Source: Octopus vulgaris (taxonomy: Eukaryota). From it: 64,000 nucleotides of DNA. The stretch spans positions 53,940,001 through 54,004,000 of the forward strand of contig OX597825.1 of the NCBI GenBank assembly GCA_951406725.2, given 5' to 3'. Both the position numbers and the translations under genes were made by a program. This document shows positions 12,197-26,400 of this stretch, one piece after another (position 1 is the first letter of the stretch; each line of letters begins with the position of its first letter). A model generated the notes under the pieces. It was not told the origin of the DNA and did no database searches. It saw nothing but the letters and a program-made list of their open reading frames with translations.

Positions 12197-12667
12197 ATAT
12201 CTACCTTACGTAAATACATACGCAAGCATTAAGTACTGTTTGGTGAAGTGTGCAGTTATGAATATTTATTTCAGATACCGTGACAATGAGAATACTTTTG
12301 TAGAACTACGATATCTCTTTTAAAATACTAATGAGGAATCAGCCTTCCTTTTTCAAATTCACTACGAGAGCGAAACCGTAAAAATTTACACTTTTTTTTC
12401 TTTTTTTTCAATTCGAAATGAAACTTTTCACTAGTGCTGTTATCTCACTTCCAGCAAGGGAGCTTAATTTCTTTGTTAGAAAGTAGCTCCTTCTTTGGGA
12501 AAATTCACAGAGGAAATCCTACATTGATGTTCTTTCAGTGTTTAACCAACAATCTCGAAAAGACAGTAAATCTTTCACGTAAGCAGGGAAGTAATGAAGG
12601 TCACTTTGAAATTTGATATTCAAATCGATATTTTAGGTATTGATGAAATACGAGTGATGTAAACATA

Positions 12668-12710
<43 letters not shown>

Positions 12711-12889
12711 TCAGGTGATCGACCAGACTGTCGGGTGTTGTTAAACATCGCTGGTCTCAATGCGGTTTGCATCGTTTACTTTTCGAATAATGCCACCCGC
12801 CTGGCTAGGCAAGCAAGGTATATATTTATGCATGTGTACTTCTGTTCTGATATAGGTTTTATTGACTATATATATATATATATATATAA

Positions 12890-13086
12890 CGGGAAGCTTT
12901 ATGAAAATAGACAAAAGACGAAGGCAGGTGGGAAACAAACAAACAATTGTATTAGCATGGCGCTCAGGAAATATAAATAAAACAAGTCTTTAACGTTTCG
13001 AGCCTACGCTCTTCAACAGAAAGATACACAGAAAAGAAACACGGAAAGAAACAAGGAGAGAAAAAAAAATGCGTGCAGAAGCTAGC

Positions 13087-13088
<2 letters not shown>
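12890..13088 (-). mobile_element. Family P1 element, copy 2 (best preserved), between (TA)n tracts
   Basis: Minus strand reads TCTTTCTGTTGAAGAGCGTAGGCTCGAAACGTTAAAGA. Homologous to 2660, 37712 and 60962. Confidence 0.65.
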
Positions 13089-13155
<67 letters not shown>

Positions 13156-13957
13156 TAAGTATCTTTTAGGTGACTGATTCCCATGTTTGATAAACGTATT
13201 TTTTCTAACTCTTTCTGTAACTATACTCCTTCGAATCGATCAGCTTCGTGTATCTGTATAACTTTATAGAGAATCGCTTATCTTTGCCATTTAAAACGAC
13301 TAACTTTGGCAATCCCTTATAAGTCATTTTAATGTAGAACGAGGCAAATATATTCGAGTGCATTACAAACAACTGAGGGACTTCTACGTTTATCACATTG
13401 TAATTTCGCGCTAAGATTCAATAGAAACAGTTAATTAAACATCTAGTTGTGACCTGATGTTTCTAACACTGAATGTATTGCAGTTGTTATTATTAATCTC
13501 CCGCGAAGAACAATACAGAAAAATAGTATTCCTTGTTTTGGATATAAATTCGTGTAAAGTTTATGGAATAGTAGCATTAACTTTTACAAATAATTATAGT
13601 TGAAATTGCTAATATCTTCGTTGTTAGTTGTTCTGGTGCAAGCAGGTCACTGGACAGTTCAACTGCAGTTGTTTGACCAAAGACTTTTTGTAGTTATTCA
13701 CTTTAAACTACACACTTACATATATAAACATATATGAATGTGTATGTATGTGTGCATGTGTGTGTATGTATGTGTGCATGTGTGTGTATATGTATGTATA
13801 TATACATATATATGTATATATATATACATACATATATATATATTTACATACATTCATACATACATAAATATATATGTATATATATAAATTGATGTTTGTA
13901 TTTTCCCTTGTTAACAATCAACACGGAAAAATACGTGTATATATATATATGTATATA

Positions 13958-14025
<68 letters not shown>

Positions 14026-14738
14026 TATATATACACACACACATAAACACACATTTGTACATATATATACACACACACATAAACACACATTTGTACATAT
14101 ATATGTACACCTGTAGTTCGAACTCATGAATCTAGACGTAGTGAGTCAATTTCTCATTCCAATCATTTACATATTTATACGTAGGATGTATGTAATATTT
14201 GTACGGTTGTTTCTCCTCTATCTTTGTCCTTTTTTTCTTTCCATATTTTCCACAGGCACACATTTTACACCGATGCGTCACCTTTTAGTAGTTGATATTA
14301 TGGTAGGCGTTTAACTGATGTTGTTACATTCAATATATGTGTGTGTGTGTGCGTATAAAATATTTTTCATATACACTTCCTATGACGCAAATTTATAGAA
14401 ACTGTATTTTTGATATCGAATTTAATTTTAATCTTGAGTTGAAAAACGTACGTTTGAAAGATGAAAATACCAAAATAATATCGATAAAATTGAATCGATA
14501 TGTACCGGTATTAACCGATAAGCATATATTTGTGCGTGTGTGTGTGTGTGTGTGTGTGTCTGTGTGTGTCTGTGTGTCTGTGTCTGTGTGTCTGTGTGTG
14601 TTTGTAAATGTATAAGGTATGTTTGAATCTGTACGCACATATGAGTGTATGCATACATACATACACACACACACATGTATATGTATATATATATATATAT
14701 ATATGTACACATTCGTATTCGTATTTATCATATATCAG

Positions 14739-14778
<40 letters not shown>

Positions 14779-15245
14779 TATATTTTAGGTACATATACAC
14801 GGAGACATGGACACATGCAAACACATAAGCACACACATATCTGTAATGCATTTGTATATCGGTAAAACTAACTGAAGTGAATGTGGAGCAATTCATGGAT
14901 GTGCCGCATTGTTATTATCCTATTTGGAATTGCTTTTATTACGTTAGTGAATAGGATTATATTCTTGAATGCAAACCCAACTAGTTAACTTTTATTTCAT
15001 TGTATTAGGGATGTGCAGCTTTGATATCTCCACTAATTCTCTTGAATGAACAATTGTGTTTTCTAATATGCGTTGGTAGAAGTGAAAGTATGTTTCTTTT
15101 CAGTATTGCATATTTGTACGTATTCACCGAATGTTTCACTAGTTCTACGAAGTGTTTCTCTTATGTAATTTTCAAGAAGGTTTTGACATGATACTTATTG
15201 GATATATATGGTATACTATTTGACTAAACTTTAAATTCATATATA

Positions 15246-16420
15246 CAGAGGTTGGACAAAATAATGGAAACACCTAGCACCATAGCATCATAAGTTTGAA
15301 ATATCTCTAAAAATCTTATTTATTTTTATGTATTTTTTGTATTTAATATTAGTGTAGCTTAATTTGAATTGCTTAAATTGCTGTTTCCTTTCAGATATCA
15401 TCAGACAAAGGTAATTAAAATTCATTAAAATGAGAGATCTATTGGACTTTCAAAGAGGTCAAATTGTTGGTGCTCGTATGTCAGGCGCTAAACAGCCAAA
15501 ATGTTTGGTGTTTCAAGAAGTACTGTCTCGAAAGTAATGACAGCCTTTGAGAAAGAGGTAAAAAAAAAACTCGTCGTCGAAACAAAACTCCAGAAGAAAA
15601 TCAAAACTTTCAGATAGGGAACGCCGGACTCTTACGCGAATTGTTACAGATGATCACAGAAGTACAGCAACTAAAATTAGTGCAGAGCTTAATGAACACC
15701 TCGAGAACCCAGTTTTCACAAAAAACTATTCGCCAGGAGCTGCACAAAGCCAGATTTCACGGGACGGCTGCAATCAGAAAACCACTACTTTCATAACAAA
15801 CGCTGCAGGGCGTTTACAGTGGAGTAAAAACCTACAGAATTGGTCCCTAGAGCAGTGGAAGTATGTTACTTTCTCGGACGAGTCATCCTTTACTCTATTT
15901 CCAACCACCGGACAAGTATACGTACGGAGACATCCAAAAGAAGCGTTTGAACCAGACTGCCTTCTTCCAACTGTTTAACATCGAGGAGCTGTGATCTGGT
16001 GGGGCTATATCTTGGAAATCCACCGGTTCAAAGGTTTCCCTTCATGGCAGAGTTAATAGTCAAGACTATTTAAGCATTTTATCTGATCAAATTCATCCTA
16101 TGATTGCGAAAATGGTTCAGGATAGTAACACAATGTTTCAGGATGATAATGCACCAATTCACACAGCTAATGTTACGGAATGGAACGCGGAACATTCTAG
16201 TGACGACGAACATCTTAACTAGTCACCACAGTCCCCAGATCTCAATATTATTGAACATTTATGGTACATTTTAGAAGAACAAATATGTATGCCCGGGGGT
16301 TGGACAAAATAATGGAAACTGTTCAAAGTGTAGACGTAGATATGATGGATTAGATTTGTTTAACCTATTTTATTAAAATTCCGATTAGGAAATTAGCTTC
16401 TAGGACGGTTTCCATAAATT
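15246..16420 (+). mobile_element. Tc1-like DNA transposon, pseudogenised transposase, rearranged 3' end
   Basis: TA|CAGAGGTTGGACAAAATAATGGAAACACC left TIR. ATG 15430 MRDLLDFQRGQIVGARMSGA; catalytic motifs FSDES, FQDDNAPIH, SPQSPDLNIIEHLW with stops and frameshifts. A second TIR copy lies at 16294-16319. Confidence 0.92.
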
Positions 16421-16469
16421 TATTTGGCTATCTTCCTTCCTTTAGACAGTCTGCCAGAAAAGTGTCATA

Positions 16470-17515
16470 AGTTGACATCAACACTTTTCTTGCAGAGCCT
16501 CCAAAAGAAGCAGAGGTTCAGAAGGCAATGAGGCTTTACTAAAATGGCAAGGCACCAGGCTGGGATTCCATCCCATCTGAAATGATCAAGGCAGGCGGAG
16601 GTCATGACATAGAAGCTCATCAATCTCTTACACTCCATGAGCTCCTAATTTACACCTTATGATCTCATGGACGCTTCTGCACACTGTGTCTATAACAGAA
16701 ATGGAAACAGGCTATACTGTGACAACCACGTTGGATTTCTCTCCTTTTAATCGGTAGTAAGATACTCGCAACAGTCATCATTAACCGCCTCACTCAGCAT
16801 ATGGAAGATGGCCATCTGCTAGAGCCAAGGTGGGATTTCAGAGAGGACCATGGGATAGTCTGAATTCATTAGCACGGTTTCATGGCGGTTATTCGCTCAA
16901 GGGCTGACGACTAGAGAGTTTGCGGATGCATTTCCGGTCACTAACGGAATCAGGCAGGGGGTGTAATCCCCCCTACGCTATTAAGCATGATGTTCCCAGC
17001 AATACTTTTGGATGCTTACTGTAACGACGATGAAATCGGCAAGGTGCTCAGATACAGGACTGATGGAAAGCTCAACATTGGGAGGCTAGAAGACAAGACC
17101 AACGTGGAAGATGACTTCATGTTTACGGTCGACTGCACAAAAAACACCACCAAAGTTAACCAGACACAGAACAGCATGAACTACCTGCAAAAATTTTGGC
17201 TTACAATCGGTACTCAGAAGATAGAGGTCATGTACACACCTGTCTTGCAGAGCCATATGTGGAACCAACTCTTACTATCAAAGAAAAAACCCTGAAATTT
17301 ATTAAGCTCACGTAACCTGGCAGCATAGTCTCCATATCTGTGTATGTTGACGAGGAAGTCGACGCATGCTCAAGTTTCGGGCTGCTATGTGCTTCAATGT
17401 AGGAAACGGGTAACATTAGGCTGACCACCAAACTGAAGGTGTACTGAACAGTTGTACTGTCTACTCTACTGTTCGATGCGAAATTTGGATGGTTTACTAA
17501 CATCACGCCAAAACG
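16470..17515 (+). mobile_element. Highly decayed RTE-clade LINE RT fragment
   Basis: EPPKEAEVQKAM..NGKAPGWDSIPSEMIKAGG, CDNH, FPVTNGIRQG, DFMFTVDC (degenerate FADD), LTTKLKVY*TVVLSTLLF. Confidence 0.8.
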
Positions 17516-17693
17516 TGCTAAGATACAAAAGCCGTGTTACAGCTGTATATATCTCAAATCTATTCTTTCTTCCTTTACACAAGTGAAAAAATATTAGAGA
17601 AATGTAGTGATGAAATCACCGAATGGATAAACTATCGGGTTTTAGACTTATACGACAGCAGTTCCAACTAGCCACGCCGACTGTTATTTCATA

Positions 17694-17942
17694 GGCACAT
17701 GCGTGTCTGCGTAGTGAGAAGTTTGCTTCTCAACCACATAGTACAGAGTTTAGTCACACTGCATGGTATCTTGGATAAATATCTTCTACTATAGCCTCGG
17801 GCGACCAAGGCCTTGTAAGTGAATGGATTTCATTGAAGGAAACTGAAAGAAACCCGTCGTATATATGTGTGCTTGTGCGCGCGCATTTCCGTATGCATGT
17901 GAGTGTGCATGTGTGGGTGTAGGGGAGCGTGTGTGGATAGAC

Positions 17943-17973
<31 letters not shown>

Positions 17974-18170
17974 GTGATAGGTAAATGTGTGTTTTTCTTT
18001 GTTTCTGTCTTTTACCCCACACCGTTTACACCTCCTTAACCGAGAGAGAATGATAAGATATGTACCATAGGCTTAACAAAAAATAATCCCGTGGTCGAGT
18101 AATTCAACTAAAAATACTTCAAGGCACTGCAGCGGCGTGGCCCCTGTCTAATGACTGAAACAAAGTATAA
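17694..18170 (+). mobile_element. Full-length-like SINE family C with internal microsatellite and tail (..CTTCAAGGC...AATGACTGAAACAA)
   Basis: Head, body and tail are colinear with 61147-61638. Confidence 0.72.
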
Positions 18171-18599
18171 TGACTAAATCCATGGAATCTCGTTTTGACT
18201 TTTAGCGCGCTTTGAGTAAATTCCAGAGCAACTAAATTTACATGTTCGCTGGAAGTACCATCGTTCGACCACCCACTGCCCTATTAAAGTGGGATAGAAA
18301 TTCATAAAATTTTTCTCGCAATCAGTGCATTGTTAGACTATTTAGTGGGGATATTTCCTGCTATCAAATGTCCATTTCCGCCAAAACGATTAGAATTCTC
18401 TGTTTTTCTCTACTATTTGATTATCAATATTCGTTGGCTTTTGGTTCAATGGCCAGCAGCAATGATTTAGCAAAATGTCATAAAAATCAATAGATATTAT
18501 AAAAACTAAATAAGGTGTAAATGTGTTTAAAACTAATGAGTGGCAGCAACAGCCGCAGCAGTAGAAGCAACGTATAAAGAATGATCTGCGAAAGAAAAA

Positions 18600-18920
<321 letters not shown>

Positions 18921-19084
18921 CCAGGAGCAACCAAGGAATCCCGGAGTAACAACCCCGAGACACTCCGACTCCCCACATGCATCATAGCAAATGCACCTTT
19001 GGTCTACTTACTGCTAAATTTATAGGCGCTAACTTATTGTAGTTAAACTCACTCAGGCCATTATTATTATTATTATTATTATTA

Positions 19085-19116
<32 letters not shown>

Positions 19117-19299
19117 GTCACCATAGCTGGACGTGTGTTTTTGAAGCGCTGTAAGTTTATAACTAATTCAATTGTTTAAAAGAATTTATACTGTATTTTG
19201 ACCTGACGTGGGGTTGACGCTTATTAACAATAGCCCCATTTTGGGGGTGATACAAGCCATTTTGCTTTCAAATTTGCTTCGAAGAAAGTAAACATTGAA

Positions 19300-20190
19300 G
19301 ATGGCAAAGAAAAGTGGGAGGGAGGAAGGAAGTTGGTACAATAATTTGCACGAGGACTTCCCCGTCCTCCTCACCATGATTGGTAGTTGACAGCAGGAAG
19401 AAGAAGAAGAAGAAGGAGGAGGAGGAGGAGGAGGAGGAGGAGAATGAGAAGAGAAGAAGAAGAAGAAGGAGAAGAAGAAGAAGAAGAAGAAGAAGAAGAA
19501 GAAGAAGAGAAGAAGAAGAAGAAGAAGAAGAAGAAGAAGAAGAAGAAGAAGAAGAAGAAGAGTCAAGAAAAAAGAACGATGAAAAGCAGAAAGAAGGTGA
19601 GAGGAGGAAATGAGTAAAGTCTTCGTCACTACATGGAATTTGTAGAAACACGAAGAACCACATTGAAAGTAAAAGCGGCGAAGAATCTAACAAAAATGGA
19701 ATTAGCGGCGAGAAAGATACTTTTGCAAATATCACGGCAGTTAAGAAGTTGGTTAACGTCTTATTGGAGAAAAAAATAGAGAAACCTAGCAAGACAGCAA
19801 AACATATGAAAATCAATGGAAGGTAGGCAGAATTGACACATCCATATGACGTGCTTGAAGCAATATCCAAACGGTAAGTTGTTTACAGGTGCATGAACAC
19901 AAAGACAAGGAAACTCAAAAAAGTTAAACGCGATCAGGTGGAAAGAGTCTTGAAAGACATATGGCAGGATATCCACCAAATTGCGAGAGCGAGGAAGTTC
20001 GGCGGAGTAGAGGTCCTTTTTAAGATTTAGGGGTAGGTGATACTGAGTTCGGTGACCACGCGTCGCACCGAGAAAATCGCCCTCTTCCCAACGTACATGG
20101 GGAAAAGAGTGGTAGGAATTATAGTACTTGTAGTTCAAACAGGCCTGGGAGTAGTACGAACAGCAGTTGCGGAAGATACATTAGCAGGAG

Positions 20191-20222
<32 letters not shown>

Positions 20223-21520
20223 ACAAGAGAATCAGAACAAACAACATCAGAAAAAAAAACATACTGCAAGCACTGCAATCACCAACATCATCTCAAACAC
20301 CCACAGCAGAATCAAAAACAAAAAAGTTTAAAAAGCAAAACGTCACTACAACAACCATCCGCACAGCAGTACAATTTCATGCTGGTGAGGAAGGCCACTG
20401 AAAAGCTGATGGCTCTCATAGCACAAAATGAGAACATTGACGCAGAGGAATTGATCTACAGCCCCAACACTTTTAGAGCCTAAAAACGTTGCGTATGAAA
20501 CTAGAGACTTATACGAGCATTTAGCGGAGTTACTCGTATGACACTAGATCTCCCAGTTTAACGGCCAGAAGATGAGATGATTTTAAAGGAGTTTCCAGAG
20601 AGACCGAATAAAACAGACACGGTAGGGGAACCATTCGACCACAAACAGCCCCAGGAGAGTACGTGACACACCGTTTTTCCAACGGGTGATTAATATCTCA
20701 TTGGAGAACAAAATAGGCACAACGTGGTTATGAAACTACAACTCGGTCTTTCAGGGGTCAGCACGGGTGCATGTTACAGGGGTCGAAGCAGATTTGTATA
20801 AATGTACGTGGCCTGTGTTCGTCGTAGAAGCAAGGTCGCTTGCGCTACGGGCTCAGGTGGCTATGTTTGGATGTAATATACGTCAGTGAGACCAGGGTCG
20901 CTGACACACGGGCATTGACACATCCCATTTACGATGACTTTCAGATTTTCGCATCTCTTAGTCGACCGGCAACGGGGTGAGTGTCAGTAATATATAGACA
21001 AGGCCTGGATTTCAAGATACAGTCGATCTTCCTGGACACAAAAGGATATCGGTACTCCTGGACGTGAACGATAACGAAGGCAGTGTTTTTAGACTAGTCA
21101 CAGAGTACGCACCTAGTGGGGTGGAGCAGCCGATATTCTTCAGACGCCTAGAAGCCTTTTTAAGGACGTCTCGCTCTTTAGTGTTAGTGGGCGATTGGAA
21201 AACCATTTTGTATGCACGTGCGGATTGAGTGGGACTAATGGATAGGAAAGGTGGTGACCTAGCCTCGCAAACCTGCTCAGTCGTTTCCAGCTGGCTGACA
21301 GATTCAGATTGGATTTCCCGTATTCCCTAGTGTGGACATGAGCAAACAGTGTCGGGTCATCCAGATCTTATCTAGATAGGGTAATTTGTAGGCCAGCAGA
21401 TAGGAATAGCATAGGTTGTCCACAATCTGAATTCGTCTATTACAGAGACCACAAATTTGTGATCTGTACGGTTGACCTAGATAGGCTCCATAGGCAGGGA
21501 CAGGGATACTGGAAACTTAT
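19300..21520 (+). mobile_element. 5' half of a decayed L1-clade (Tx1-like) LINE: ORF1 relic with (GAA)n expansion plus APE endonuclease
   Basis: APE motifs at ~20795-21520: CINVRGL..VSETRV, FRLVTEYAP, LVLVGDW, WT*..SYLDRV, YRDHKFV, GQGYWKL. Upstream relic IALFPTYMGKRV resembles a LINE ORF1 (weaker support). No RT follows. Confidence 0.75.
19396..19561. repeat. (GAA)n/(GGA)n purine tract
   Basis: Directly visible ~165 bp purine-rich run. Confidence 0.95.
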
Positions 21521-21526
21521 TATTAT

Positions 21527-22007
21527 TGAGTGAGAGAGCAGTGCATTCCATCAAAGTGACACTGGGGTAAAATATACGAAGCCCAGTATACTCATCATGA
21601 CTATCCGCCTGATAAGTGTACACCAGCCACATGCATCACAACCAAATGTGCGCGACATAGTGATCTCATATCAAGATAAACAGCGCAGGACCATGCAGGT
21701 GAGGCCCAGTTAGAATTTTCTTCGAGTCGAGTAGCCCATTCCGCTCTAAATGTCCCTGAATAAGGATTGTTTAAGGATGTTGTCAAAAACACCCATGTTT
21801 CCAAAGGTGAATTATCCGAACCCTAAAGAATTCCTCTCAACGCATGGCTATGATGCTCCCCCCACCGCTACTTCTGCTCGTGATCAGAGATGCACATATC
21901 TACATTATTTACATTTGATGGGCATATAGCGTAGTAGTTAATGAACATGATAACACTTCCAATCAGTTATGATCAGAAGCCATGATAACCACCGCCTGAT
22001 ACTGCAT
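21527..22007 (-). mobile_element. ~550 bp interspersed repeat (family M), internally deleted copy
   Basis: Reverse complement of 49824-50369, lacking about 100 bp internally. Strand is given relative to that copy. Confidence 0.8.
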
Positions 22008-22074
22008 AAGCGCTGCTGTTGTTGTTATCATCATCATCACCATCATCATTATTATTGTTCAGTAGTTTTATTTT

Positions 22075-22405
22075 TATAGCGTGCTGGGTAAATTGCTGTG
22101 TAAATTCAGGTGTTCTAATGATTTCAGGGCGTTTAGAAAGCTTTTTATGCTTTGATACTGGTAATAGGTTGCCATCGAGCTCCTTACAAACTTTATAGAC
22201 GCAAGATCTGGCAACTTTTGAAACTTGAGATATTTCTAAGTCCCTATGCTCAGTCTTTATATCCACAATAACAGCATACCATTTATTTCTTGTGTAAGCT
22301 TAAGGTCTATCATTATTATTTTCTGGAACAAACATGATACAGTGTTAGCAAAATATGCAGCAACGGCCTTACAAAAGTATTTTCTCAAATACCTTACACA
22401 CCCTG
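22075..22405 (-). mobile_element. Left end of a Tc1/mariner-superfamily element (maT/DD37D-like) with N-terminal HTH relic
   Basis: TA|CAGGGTGTGTAAGG terminus at 22405. ORF MDIKTEHRDLEISQVSKVARSCVYKVCKEL...KRPEIIRTPEF. Confidence 0.6.
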
Positions 22406-22412
22406 TATATAT

Positions 22413-22564
22413 AAACTTTGTAAAGTGCATTTAAGAGATCCTATGATCCTATGCTGTTACTTGACTACCCCATGTTTTTCTGCAATCAGATATTTTGCAG
22501 GGCTAAATGCACATTTGGCAGTCAAATAACGGACAGGGTCTCTTAAATGCACTTAACGAGGTTT
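22413..22564. repeat. Imperfect inverted repeat / fold-back (~55-60 bp arms)
   Basis: AAGTGCATTTAAGAGATCCT...GTTACTTGACT pairs with AGTCAAATAAC...AGGGTCTCTTAAATGCACTT. Confidence 0.8.
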
Positions 22565-23264
22565 TTACCCGAATTATACAAAATATATCTAGAGAAGAAT
22601 ATAGATGAATGGACGGATAGTAAGTTCCCTACAAATGCTGCCAAATATGTTTTATATAAATACATTGTCTTTGCGCCAATTTGACGATTTCGAGGTTAAC
22701 AACATTAGTAATTCGCTGCGTTCCTATTCATTTAGTGGGCTGGTATCGGAAAATGTAAAAATTTCCTTGATTGGAAACGAAGATAAACGTCATCAATATA
22801 TATTGATAGTCTTATACGCATTACCGATCGGAATCTGTTGATTTTTCTTTGAATAAATAAGAAACTCGCTTATGCGTTAGATACCTTTTTTGGCAACGCT
22901 GAAATAAAATTTTATTCTGCTGCAGTTTTTTCTCGTCTTAATCTTTGCACAATAACTTAAGAATATATTCATGAAAGTTTGAAATATTGATATTTTTGAT
23001 AAAGCGAATGAAATGAGAAACAAACAACATGGCGGTTTTATTTCAGAACCTAATCTGCTAATACATGTCTAAAGATTCGACAGTAAGTTTTGTGATATGG
23101 ATTTCTTTCTCATTTTAACTGCCAGTCTTCAATTATCTCGCATATTGAAACATCCAGTAACGCAACAACAGCGAAGAGAAACAAAAGGCACACACACACG
23201 CACACACACACACACATCCATATATACAAACAATATATAATGCATATATCTGCATGCACACACG

Positions 23265-23417
<153 letters not shown>

Positions 23418-26400
23418 AAAAAATATACCCATGACTCTGATATAAATCAAATTCCTAAGAGATAAATATAAAACAAGATAACGTTTGACAAATATATCCT
23501 CATATTTGAAAATGAAAATATGAATGAGTTGTTTTATGCATTTTTATTTTTATGTATTCTCACATTTTTAGAATAAATGGAAATATATAAAATTCGATAA
23601 GAGAATATGAATTTTGTAGAATCATAAACGCGTTGGGTGTTAATTCGCGATAATACCTCTCAGAATACAATATGAAATTTAGTAGGAGATTTCTTCCTTT
23701 TTTTATAATATAATCGTGTATTTATAGCGGCTTCTATAGTTGCCTGTTGAAATAAGATATATTAAAGTTTCACAATGATTCAGAGAGTTTCATTGTTTAT
23801 TTTTAATATATTATTTCAGTTATTTTATTTTTTAATAAACAATCTGGAGATGTAGAAATTACATTTTTTCATTTCGTTATTATTTTCTTTTTCAGTTTAA
23901 ATAAACGAAAAACAAAACCAACAAAAGTTTATTTTTTTACAACTAAAATGGAATTTTCCAAAGTCAGCGACCTAAAACCTTTTTTCCTTTTCTTCAGTAA
24001 CCTTGCCGATAAATGGCGGGTATTAAACGCTCTTTTAATATCTCCTCTATTATGTGATGTTGAATATGGAGCGAGATAAAGGAAAATCGAAACGAAATCG
24101 ATTTAATAATCTTTACGGTGCTAAAGAATTTCAAAACTATATAATATGGTTAATTTAATACCAACTTGATAAGCGGGAATCGATGAGAGTGCTAAACACT
24201 ATTGGCAGAATTTATGTATTATTTCGATCTTGTGGTAATGTCACGGGGTGGAAGTGGGTGAAATGGACCACATTTGAAGGCAATATACGTCACGTTTGAT
24301 TCCCAATATGACTATTCCGCTTCACCTGTCTCGATATACACCGACAAAACCATGAATATTACAACTTCCACAGGGAAATGATTTAACAGGAATATTACAG
24401 CGCCAGACTAGGTGAGTACCAATATTTAACAGCCAATGAAGAAGCTTGTGTTTGGTCACTTCTTTTGCTACAAATAGCTGTCAAATCTCCTTCACATCTC
24501 TCTATACCGATATATAGAAAACAATAGGTTTGAAAATGTCGCCAGATTCTATAGGAAAATAGGTGAAAAATGGTGATGGTCATGGTTCGAATACCTTTAA
24601 TCATAATTTTGTTCGTTCGGAGTCTGACATGTAAGTAAACAACATTCAGTTATTCGAAGTGTCAGAAAAAGCAGACACATATCTCTAAATATACAACTTA
24701 TTGTCAGAAGGAGGAAGAGTATGTTTGGTAATGAAATAATTGATCAGGTGTGACGAACAAATGTCACACACATACATACACACACACTATGACAGTATCG
24801 TGATACAGTTGTTTTAATGATTAATCTCCTGGAAGAGAGATGTCGTCGGGTTACACGATCATCGGGTTGCTGAGGACTCACTCTAATTAGACGACTACAA
24901 CACCTCTAATCATAGGTCTTCTGGATAAGGTCTGACCCGGGGTTAAACATGGGATTTTTTCATGTGGACTGACATATGGCTAAATAACGGAAATAAATAT
25001 CATTGTATATCTTGGTCTCAAAATTTTCTGTCGCATCTCACCAGAGTAAACATTTCAGCTAAATTTTAATAGGTCCCATAATTTTGAAACCACTAATTTC
25101 TTTGCCTCGACATACCATTCTTCTGGAGTATGTTAGCTATGCTTCTTTATTATTCAGTGACCACATAGTAATTTTATTGTTCTCGAATTTTAGTATTCTC
25201 GTTTTCGAGACCAAAATTGCATGTTATTCATGCTCTTGTATCTATGATGCAACTGTCTTTAGAAATTGACTTTATTCTACAGCACAGAGAAGCCAGTGCT
25301 ACACCCAAGGTGCGTTGTCCCAGAATTATAAAGTCGATCTTGATCTCAGCCATTATGTTGACAGCTGGCAAGTTTAGTAATACTGGAATTAGACAACCCC
25401 AACTAGGGACCGAAGAACAACCTAGACATCAAATATACTGCATACTAAAATATTTCAAGGGACAAGTGGTCAGTATCATGAAACCCTTCTAATAAATCAA
25501 ATCCTTACGTAATTATTATATTAAGGGAAGATGAAGAAATAATATATCTGAAGTTGATAAATTGACGGTAACATTAAGATATTGGACTAAATGCATCAAC
25601 ATGTTAGAATACTTGTGTTTATGTCCCTTTAATTTGCTATTCCTCAATCTATCTGGCTCAGTGAAATACGGATCAGTAATCTTTTGAAGGTTTGATAAAT
25701 ATATCAACTGCTCAACTGTTTAACTCACTCTAACAATTATTTATCGAGGTAGTTTATGGTATAATATGATTCACTTGTCACAGTCGATTGAAATTTTGTC
25801 ACCAGCTCATGGGGTATAGAGTATGTAAGAACAAGATATCAAGATTTAGAACTGCTGGAATTGAACTGCTAATGCAACCCTTCAAAAGTTATTATCATAA
25901 CGTAATGGGGAATTAAACACTGCAACACATTTCACCAGGCATTCCACGTATTCTCTTGCTTCTAGAAGAAAAACAGAAAAGAAAGTAATACAGTGAAGAC
26001 AAAATAGAGTGCGAAGGGCAGCAACAATGATGATAGCATCAACAACATATGTGTATACACTAAGATCAATAAATAAAAATACATCTATAGATATAAATTT
26101 ACCGAACTCATCATCTCTCTGTTGCTATGCTCGGTATAACGAGCAACACACACAATGATATCTACATAAGGAGACGCCAAAAACATTATATATACAAATA
26201 TGAGTGTGTGTTGGTGTTTGTGTGTGTGTCTGCATGTATGTGTGTATGTTTGTGTGGGTATGTGTGTGTGTGTGTGTATATATCTATGTCTCTATGTATA
26301 TCACTGCTTTTGTTTACCTAACGCAGCACACGTTATTTATATAGACAAGTATATTGAAATTTTCTTTCGTATTTTTTCTACGAAATTTTCTTTCACGATG

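Noticed and set aside
19380-19617. Poly-E/K/R protein
   Set aside because: A (GAA)n expansion inside a dead LINE.
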